Origin: Perna viridis
Taxonomy: Eukaryota
Assembly (NCBI GenBank): GCA_037379345.1
Contig: CM074524.1
Coordinates: 24,424,750-24,488,749 of the forward strand
Length of the DNA: 64,000 nt
Reading direction: 5' to 3'
The notes under the pieces were generated by a model. The model ran no database searches and had not been told where the DNA came from. It saw nothing but the letters and a program-made list of their open reading frames with translations. Of this stretch, positions 54,476-64,000 are shown in pieces (position 1 is the first letter of the stretch; each line of letters begins with the position of its first letter). A program made the position numbers and the translations under genes.

Positions 54476-55895
54476 TTAGTCGAAAATTTACATTTTTACA
54501 TAGAACATTAAAAACTCTTCCGTTTTGCAATAAATAGTAAGTTAAGAAATTACAAACCCACGTCAACGTTTATTTTACCAGAAAAAACTATTGTTAGAAT
54601 ACGCATTACGCCAAAATTTGGTCCATTTCGCTCCCAGTTACGGAGTACTGAATAAATCAAACAAACATACAGAGAAGCATATATCTACCAATCGGCAATC
54701 ATTTCATAAAAAATAATTCTTCATTTACCTACTCGTCTTTTAGCAGATTTTTGTACGGTATATCGCTGTCGTTCTGTCAGCTTGGCAGAAAATAATTATT
54801 CAATAACCTTTTGATGCATTTTTAATATCTGATATTAATCACTATTATCATATTTTATACTTTATTCCTCTTCAACGGAGATTGATAACCATGTTTATAC
54901 ATATACACTAGGCAATTCTATTGATGCCACATGAAAAACATATAAAAATGAGATAAAACATTTTCAAAATCAGCACGTGAGACCTATATACACTGTAGGT
55001 AAGGGCGAAGTGTTTCCGCCGTATTTTCTGACAAACAATTACACATTACTCCATATGCTTTGTTAAAATGCAATCATTTTGACAGACCCCTTGCTTTTTA
55101 TAAAAGTTGTAGTTTGTTGTAACTGTTGAAAACTAATCATAGGTTCAAGGAACTTAACATCCTGTGTTCACGATCTGTTCACGGTCAGTTCTCGCGCTTG
55201 ACAGTGTGACAATGTAACAAGGTGATGATGAAAAGTAATTACGATAACACATTTAAGCATGCCGAAAGTGTAAGTATGCATTATCAAATCTGAATTTGAC
55301 CTGAAGATTTTTAATGCATAATGAATTCTGCATGTTGTCTGTTATTTTACAGACTAAAATAGATTATTCCGAAATTACGGTGGTATTATTGATGACCACG
55401 TATGGACGATACTATATATACACTTCCGCGAGGGGAATCTGTTGTTCTTCCCAAGCCTTTTTTCGTGCAAGTATATGTCAAGCATGCACACCGACCTAAC
55501 AAGAAAGGATCTATTGTATACGTTAACTGTCGGAGAAAAATAATTTAACTAAAACTCAACGTGATACGTTACCATATTGTACTTTTCGAATTTTCTTTTT
55601 TCGTCCGATGAATATTGGAAATTTCCTTTTAGGCTTGAAATAGCACGTTATGAGAGTAAAACCCCACGTCAACCCATTTTTTATAAGAAAATATTCGTTT
55701 TACGATGTTTTTTAAATTGCCTCAGAATCTGACCCGTTTCGCTATCAGATTGCGGAGTGCTGATTAAAGCAAATTAATACTAAGAGAACATTAACATAGA
55801 TTTACCAATTTTAACTACTCCTTTTAAACAAATTTTGAATGGTACAATTGCTGTTCATTCGTCTATTTATAAAAGAAGTCGTTTATATATATATA

Positions 55896-56320
55896 CGTCT
55901 CAGAATGTGACGATTCTATTCGCTACACTGCTCCATCGGATCAAATTGATACAGGGAAGATACGTAAACGTATAGAAAGGTATAGAAATTCCCAACGATG
56001 TCAGAACTGTCAAATTTGCGATGCAAATTTTTGGTCGTTCCCTCCGCGGGACTCGAACTCGTTCCGCTGTGACATCTATGGCAACACCGCCTACACAAAG
56101 TCCAGCGCCCTAGACTACTTGGCCAGCTAGGCTATACAAAAATATAGCGCTGGCCGGATCATTCCTCCTCGTAGGATTAATCTTTGGCTGTAACTTAGTA
56201 CACGATGTATGGAAGTACGGGACAGTTCATTTACATGTTATTATGTAGAATAATATTGATTTGTTGTGACATGCATCATTAATTTGATCCTCTATCCTAA
56301 ATTTTTTTGCAGACCTTTCT
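55896..56320 (-). mobile_element. tRNA-derived (Pol III A/B box) SINE-like element inserted in (TA)n
   Basis: Minus strand A-box TGGCCAAGTAG (56125-56115) and B-box GAGTTCGAGTCCC (56060-56048). TA repeats at both ends. Internal TATAGAAAGGT is inverted against the terminal ACCTTTCTATA. Confidence 0.75.
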
Positions 56321-58279
56321 ATATATATGTGTTGCAATATAGTTATAGAAGATGAATGCCACTTTGTACTTGTCTGTTCTCTTATAGATTTTTACGTATA
56401 CAAATAATGCAATACTTATACGTGTATCGTGTAGACTAAGGCAAGCTTCAAACACATGTCTTACCTTTAAACTTTGTAACTATCTTAAAGCTCGGAATAC
56501 TAGAACTCATTTAATGACACGATTGCGGTTATACCTCAGTTTATTTGAAAATATTGTTCTCTGTGCATATTTGTTGCAATACACGTGACATGTATATGCT
56601 TTAGGCAAATATAAGATCATACTATGAATAATATTTTCACTATATATGTACAAGCATGGTACATGTTGGTTGGGTGTATTCATGTCAGTATTATTTCGTA
56701 CATCTATGTGATATATGGATTGATTAAAGTACACGCACTCAACACTTCAACATGTAAATGAAAAAAATATCAAACAAACAATCAATCAAGCACCTTATAC
56801 TTTCTTTTCATTTGTGTGGCTTAAGTAATTGTGATTAATGTACAGATTGACTTGTAGCTTGATGTTCATTGCAATTTTTGCTTTTTGCGTTAATTATTGT
56901 ATAAACAATGCGACAATGTCCGAATACTGAGACTTGAAACAATGCTACATGGTTCTATTGAGTATTTATTCTTCCTCATCGTAGATATAAACAACAACAT
57001 GTATATTTGAGATCGTAATACAAATTAAGGCTTATGAAATTACAAGTATATTCATCTTCAGATAAGTACAACTCGATGTGTAGCTACACTTTTCATGTTT
57101 TATACTGATATAACATATGTTTCATAATAGATGACGAAAATATCTTGCTTTAAATACAAACGAAAGCACAGATTGTTACACATATGTAAAATTATATAGT
57201 GCTTTATGAATCCCTACTTACACCAAATATATAACTGGCATATTATTCATATTATTTTCCTATCTACCACATTTATAGGTGTCGATGATATTGTACTATA
57301 CTTTTCATAATATACAACTATCTATGCAGTGTATGATAGATGTTTAAGATTACTAAACGTACATTTTGTTTCATATAGCGATCTATCACAAGTATGATAT
57401 GTGTCTAGTTTATAAGAGACTATTTAATTTTCTAAGTCTTCCACTACTATGTTTGCTATAAATATGAACCTGTGTGGACACGTTTAATTTTAGTATTCAA
57501 GTTTTATACCTTCATGTTATAACACATGTATGATAAGTGTCCAAGATATATTATTGTATACAGGTATACAACTGTAACAGGTAGTCAGTAATGCAGTTGA
57601 CAACATAAATTATATAAATTTACAATGACATTGGTTTATTATCATTGTCAACTGTTAAAATAGAGCCGAAGTTGTTATACAAAAAGAAGCCTTGTCACCA
57701 TCAATTCTATAGAAGAGCAAGACGTCTTAAAATGTGTAGTATTTACCAGTAATGTAAGTTTTAGTTTTGTGAAATGTTTTAATTCTTCAGTCCATGAATT
57801 TATTGGATATTGTACAAATATTATTTAAAAACGCTTTCAAGGTGAAGATTATAGGCGGGAAATTGTTTATAGGAATGCAATGTGAATTAATAATAAGAAA
57901 ATAGTTGACTAACTTTCTTTTAAGAATTTGAACTATTGTTTAGATAGATTTTAATTCACATATTTGACATATATTTACAAATTTCTATTGACTAGGTTTT
58001 AAATGTTTTAGTGACAAAAAAATCACCAACACCAAAGCTCAATTGGTTCTAAATCAAATTTGATAATCTATGGGTTTTTTGTACATGATTCCAAAGTATG
58101 TGGTCGAAAAATCACCTTTTTCTTTTCTTAAATAGTATTCATTTACTACATGTAAAAGCATAAGAATCGCTGTTCCATTTGAAATTATACCACTAAATTA
58201 CAAACCGCATTGGGCGAATGTTGTTGGATTCTTGGGGTTACAACAGTTGCTGGTTACGAACTAAGGGTTTGAATAGCCA

Positions 58280-59260
58280 AAATGCCACGCTTGATCTTTA
58301 TTCTCAGTTTCCGCTATATAGATGATGTATTTTCTTTAAACAATTATAATTTCGGGGCTTTGATACATCGCATCTATCCCAACGAAAATGAGATAGAGGA
58401 AACTACAGACACTGTGACGTCAGCCTCATATTTTGACCTATACTTAGAAATCGATGGTAAAAGAAAACTATTGTGAAAGTTTTATTGTTCGTTGGGTACC
58501 AATTTGCGTGGTTTTCGTGGGTAGACTAAACCACGAAATTAAGTTCCCGACGAAAAGTAGATTTCCATTGATGGGTATACTGAAATCCTCGAAATAACGA
58601 ATTTAAAAATCCACGAACTTGTATTTCTTCCCTAATCCACGAAAATTGGTATCCACGAATTAAAGTACTTTCATAGTATTGACCAAACTTTACGACAAAT
58701 ATGATGACTTTTCATTCAGAATTGTCAACTTTCCTTTCATCTGTGTCAACATCCGTTCAGCACCTGGGTATGAAGTGTTCATATTACAACTCACACGTTA
58801 TGCTAGAGCTTGCCGAAACTACGCAGACTTTTTTGTATCGCGCTAGAACTCTAACAAATAGGCTTATGGAATAGGGTTATGTTGCAAATTTGAAGTCATC
58901 ACTACAGAAGTTTTATGTTCGCGGATCGTTATGGTGTATCGATTTCCACCATGAAAACTGATTTATTCAACGGAACATAGTTTTCTTTTCCTCGTTTGTC
59001 TACCCCGGACTTAAATTTTTATGAGCAACTCGGTGGGTGTTTCTAGAAAAGCAGAGGACGCTTTCCCTACAGATGCACCTGGTGCATGCTCCCGGTTTTA
59101 AGTGAAGTCCGAGTTGCTCATTTGCTTTTGTTACTTTGTATGTATGATTTTATTTACTTTGTGTTCTTTGTTGTGTATGTCTGTTTTCTATGTCTGGTCT
59201 TTGTCCGTAGATTACATTCTTTTGATTACCGCTCTAACCTTGGTTCCTCTGATTACTTTT
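58280..59260 (+). mobile_element. Penelope-like retroelement 3' portion (RT-terminal, probably Naiad-type) with 3' non-coding end
   Basis: FRYIDDVFSLNN..IYP..ASYFDLYLEI..KLLTKLYDKYDDFSFRIVNFPF..QLTRYARAC..DF..LKSSLQKFY..RYGVSISTM..*. No GIY-YIG follows the thumb. A ~280-bp 3' region follows. Confidence 0.85.
58471..58676. mobile_element. TA-targeting MITE nested in the PLE reverse transcriptase
   Basis: TA|TTGTGAAAGT ... ACTTTCATAG|TA with internal CCACGAA repeats. Removing it plus one TA restores KRKLLTKLYDK. Confidence 0.9.
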
Positions 59261-59961
59261 GGTATATATTTTAGCCAAGGAATTCGCTCAAAGTGTCTCC
59301 AAAAGTTATCCGTGTCTCCTTTCCCAGTTTGAGAGACTAGCTTACAACAACTTGTTTGCAGAAGCTTTATACAAGTATGCAATATTTCACATTCGAATGA
59401 TATCTTCTTCCTGTGAGACGATGCTCTTTGTAACTCTACCACATGGTTTATGATGGTATTGGACAATCTTTAGTGACATTAGGTTTGCTTTTTGTTTTGC
59501 TACGTGTATTTAGAAAAAGTAATCAAGGAAACCAAGATTTCAGTGAAAATCAAACGAATGTAATCCAGGGATATTGACCAGATACGGAAAACAGACAAAT
59601 ACAATAAAGACCATGAAGTAACTAAAATAATACATACAAAGTAAAACAAAAAGTAAATGAGTAACTCGGACTTCTTATTGTTTCTGTCCTGATGCCTACT
59701 TGTTATTCTGTTTGAAATTGTAAGTTTTGATGTGTACACCGGGTAAAATAATATATCGATTTAAAGACTTTTATTTTTTTGGTTTTTTTGAATGAAGCTT
59801 AAAAGAAGAAAGGCCGCATATTTCATCACAGACAGATCGAAAAAAGAATAAAAAAGACACAGCGATTAGATGAACAAAACGTCAACACAAATAAACGTGT
59901 TAGCGAAATGAGTAGCAGAATAGAAAATTAACAAGTTTCATTGAAGCATTTGAGGAAGCAT

Positions 59962-62900
59962 TTATTGATCAATATGTTTTTCACATATATAGCTATTTTC
60001 AGCATCGATGCAATGAGTACTAGACCACTCGTACAGGTTCCCTTTTGCCAATGCTGCACAATCATTCTCTGTAATCGTGGTAGGCTCATTGTCACTGAAG
60101 AATGATTTAGTCAAGTTTTCTCCTGAATCCCATTGCCAAGTTCCATGTTTGAATTGAAGTCCTGTCAGCCATGGATAGTTCGGTTGCTTATCTGAATCAA
60201 ATCAATTAGCAGGTTGCTGAATGAAAGGAGCGAAAGCTCATCATTTAAAAAGTGATATGTTACAGAGCAAATACAATATAACAAAATGAATTCTTCGTGA
60301 TTATTTAAAAAAAAAATAAAGCGATTTAAACGTCCAAGAGAATTCAAAGTACCTTCAATATTAACTTTACTTAAAGTTTCATTTCAGGCTATTTCGTCAA
60401 TTTTTCTTTTGAGACAAAAACGAATTATCAACGGTCTGTGCTAACTATTGTTCGTGCAAGTGCATACAACTATAAACCATTGGCATTGAATCTTAATACT
60501 GGCAAAAATATTTTTTTTATTATAGGCAAATCCTATTCCGTATTAAATTGAGTTCTTCAAATTCCATCATTCACTTAAATTAGTTAAATATTTATGATAT
60601 GTCATGAAAGAAACATAAAATTGAATGAAGAATTAATGCTTTCTTGTGATGGTTTCTTGCCATTTATTATCCAACAAGGTTTGAATACTTTTAGTTTTAA
60701 ACAAGTACAGATTTTAAAAGCCCAAAAACAGACTATATACACACAGAGCAGACAAATGAATACTTCTGCCCTATGCCCACCACTACCTCCTAAAAAGGTT
60801 AAAAATCAAATTGAATTTACGTAAAGGTGAATCTATTAAAAGAATATAGGTCCTTTCCTTTGCTTGGTGACGGTTTAGATGCATAGATAAATCTTCCAAT
60901 TGATATAAGCTTATATTAATGCACTAAATACATAAATTGAATATAAAAAAAACCGTCATCACAATAACTTTTAAAAAACACGGATTTTGAACATTTTAAA
61001 CGATTTCACCAAAATACAACTTACATTTCTGGTCAATTTCCCATACCACACATTTTAAGAAGTCTTGTTCTTGTTTGTTTTTGATGGTGACCAGGCTTCT
61101 ATTTGTATTACTACATCGCAACTATAATGTAATATGCACTTGCAATACATTAAAGAGAACAACAAATAAAGTTAAGTAGAACTCCAGCTAAGAATCATGC
61201 AAAATGTTATGCACGGTTTAAAGACCTACATATTTTTATTTCTTTTTTTATATTTTGTTTAAAATGTTACAAAATATTACATGTATATTTTCATAGTGCC
61301 CCTGTTCATAAGAGATACATTATATATAATGTACTGTGCAATTAAAAATTTACAGGGAAATAACTCTGTAAATGACACCACGATACTGTTGAAACCATTG
61401 GATTTTTAAATATGAATTATCACCCAAAAGAAAGCAACTTGATATCATCTGTAGTCTTTTTTGGGTTGTATCACACACTTGCATGATTCTTACAAAGGCT
61501 GATATTTGACAATTGAAGTTAACATTAGTAATGTTTCTTTGTTTTCGAAAATAATACGACCTCCAATAAAAGCTAAATAAATAAAATGATTACAGGGTAT
61601 TTTTTAATGATGAAATTAATTCTACCGATTATTTCCCCTTTTCGATTCCAATGAACAACATCTATTGTAATGCACTTTTCAAATTGTACGTTACGATACA
61701 TAAATTTTCCGGAATTCCAACCAGTTTATTTTCGAACTATTTTTTTTTTAATTCGACTGAATAAAAGTATTCCAAATTCTGATTGTTATTTGAGTATACA
61801 TTGAGAATTCTTGTTTTATTTATAAATATTCCGTGATCAGCTATGAATAGTCATCATGATGTAGTAAATGTAATGCCAGTAGCCAAGAGGAAACTTCTTT
61901 AAAGTATATCTTTTTTTTATTTTGGATTTTTTTAATAGTGACAATGAAGCTACAAAGTACCATTTATCTCAAGTCTTGATCATAAAATGACGCGTGAATG
62001 CATAGGAAAAGTAAAAAAGGGAGTAAAAATATTATTAAAAAGACTCACACTAGCTTTGCTTCTGACTTCCCCCTCTTTTGAAAAGAGATATGAATAATTA
62101 GCATACACCAACTCAACAGTAAACTTTGGATAAAAACCTGTTATTGGAATAAAAATCCATTAAAATTGACATTGAAAAACAACAAATTCGTATTTGCAGT
62201 TTCACTTTAACAAGAGAGTCAGACCTTTTTGAAATGATTTTAAGGTTTGTTAAATCTTTTTATTTTATTTTATTTTCACATTGGCCAGATTTATAAAAGG
62301 GAGAGTAGTGATCACGCCAAGTATTAAAATCCCGCCGCTTTTAATTTGCCTGTCCCAAGACATGAATTACTGGCACCTGTGTGTCTTCTTTCGTTTTCAC
62401 ATTTAGTTTATTGTTATGTTACTTGAGTATATATGCACAACTCTTTCGCTGAGCCTGTGTATAATGATGTTTTATGGGTCAGCTGCAGCCTGCCCTTTGG
62501 TATGAGGGTTCCCTCCTCATTCATTGAAGACCAATTGGTGATCTTGGGCTAAAATGTTCATCCCAGTGGTTTTGTTGTCTCTTTTACATATACACCATAC
62601 ATATTCTCGTTATAATGATACGTATAACAATAATTAATTTTAAAATTCGTTTTGTTATTTATCACAATGCATAAAATTTAATCATATAGATTTTATTTAA
62701 GCATTATGTGTAGGAATTTGCACAGGTACATAAACCTTACTGTACTTACATACAGGTACTGGATCGCTCCATTGTAATTTAGATGTACAAACAATTTTCT
62801 CTGCGCCACAGAGTGTAAAATTTTCAGCACATGAGAACGATATGATGTCACCAATAGAAGTTCCATGAATATGTGCCATACCATTAGCTGGATCAGTAAC

Positions 62901-63578
62901 ATTAGGACACATTCCTGAAAAAAACACAGTGTAAGTTATTGGTGAAATAGCTTTTACGGACATTTCTTTTTCTTTTACAAATTATCTTTAATATTATTAC
63001 ATGACATAGATTTAGTTATAAATCTTTTGAAACCTCGTTAATATCTTTTTCTTCTTACGGTTCAAAAACTGTGTTATAACCATTCTTAGTTTCAGGTTTT
63101 ATCTATTTCCAATACAAGGCCTTCTGCAAAGTTGTTCGAAGTTCAGACAGTGATGTTTGTAGTTGCAGTTGATAATTTTCTCGTCTTGATTATATTTAAA
63201 TTTTCTTATCTGTATGATTTTTACTAAATTTTCTGAAAGTAAACTTTGGTTGGTATATCATGATAGGAAATTCACTAAACCAAACTTATGAGGATTTTAT
63301 TTAGTTACGCGTATTTCGCAGCGTTTTTTGGTTCTGTTTTTGTTTTTTTTTTTGTTTTTTTTTTTGTGAATTGTAAGAGTTTTAAGTTTAAGGAATTCAG
63401 AATTCGCTGTACTTGCCTTTTTGTGTGGCCGGGCATTTCGGATGTTCCGGACATTTTAAAGGCATCTGATAGTACCACCAATAACGACTTAGCCAATTCC
63501 ATGCATTAAATGTATAATAGTTGTAGTTGTAAAATGGAACGGCTGCCTGTCTGTATCTTTCGTGTCTATATGATCTTG
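59962..63578 (-). CDS. Sushi/CCP + C-type lectin domain protein with Tyr/Trp-rich N-terminal segment; 5'-partial
   Basis: Exons 63417-63578 (GC donor), 62741-62914 (Sushi: CPNVTDPANG..GDIISFSC..C....WSDPVPVC), 62049-62137, 61025-61121, 59962-60191. CTLD: YLFS..ASLRC..SLVTIKNKQEQDFL..WLTGL..WQWDSG..EPT..DCAAL..WSSTHC..YICEK. Phases are consistent to the stop. The signal-peptide exon was not identified. Confidence 0.88.
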
Positions 63579-64000
63579 CTGAAAAAATCAACATACTACT
63601 TAGTGAAACTTGAAAAGGGCATTTTTTAATACTTTCGACAATATTTATTTTAGTTGACTAAAACTATAGGCCAACAACAAAATATCACTTATCAACCAAA
63701 ATGTGTGTTTTTTTTTTAAAGAAAACAGAATTCATCAAGGACAAACGGACCGTAATTTTTTGTTTAAATTAAAAGTGGAACAAAATGAAGGAAACGACAC
63801 ATAATATTAATTGTTATAAGTATCCCTTCATTGATTTTGAGAATGATGCGTTGAAGATAGACTGTCTTTGATCCGTGGATAATGACCAGGTAAAAAAATT
63901 GAAAAATGAACACCATGACTAATACAACGTACACTCTTTGAAACGTTCACGTTTCCTATTTTAGCGTTCGTGCATCGTTTATCGTGCAATTACATTTTGT

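Noticed and set aside
56400-57750. Odd AT-rich stretch, possibly decayed viral or TE coding DNA
   Set aside because: No sustained frame or recognisable motif.
59015-59125. SECIS element in the PLE 3' region
   Set aside because: The ATGA is Watson-Crick paired with TCAT rather than forming the tandem G-A quartet, and there is no apical AA loop at the right spacing.
63760-63916. MVFIFQFFYLVIIHG as the signal-peptide exon of the lectin gene
   Set aside because: No credible phase-1 donor before the stop. The true first exon is probably beyond 64000.

Overview
AT-rich, intron-rich animal genomic DNA. The repeat families and gene types suggest a bivalve mollusc (inference). Four spliced protein-coding genes were assembled by hand from splice sites and codon phase. 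(1) A secreted animal heme peroxidase, minus strand, 10 exons visible, 3' end outside the window, with a TATA + Inr promoter. (2) An SDR16C-type short-chain dehydrogenase (retinol dehydrogenase-like), plus strand, complete, with two duplicated alternative last exons of identical length, only one ending in a KKxx ER-retrieval motif. (3) A complete HACD1/2-type 3-hydroxyacyl-CoA dehydratase, minus strand, convergent with the SDR; its exon-4 splice acceptor is tandemly duplicated. (4) A Tyr/Trp-rich segment + Sushi + C-type lectin gene, minus strand, 5' end not resolved, using a GC-AG intron. The rest is mobile DNA and repeats: two Penelope-like retroelement remnants with about 10 dispersed 3'-end copies, a decayed CR1/L2-type LINE, SINE-like elements, a tRNA-headed (TA)n-flanked element with a fold-back derivative, several MITEs, a 1.6-kb TIR element carrying a small ORF, and two minisatellites. 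There are no prokaryote-type features. The best candidates for novelty are the SDR terminal-exon switch, the aromatic-rich Sushi-lectin and the HACD acceptor/micro-exon array.
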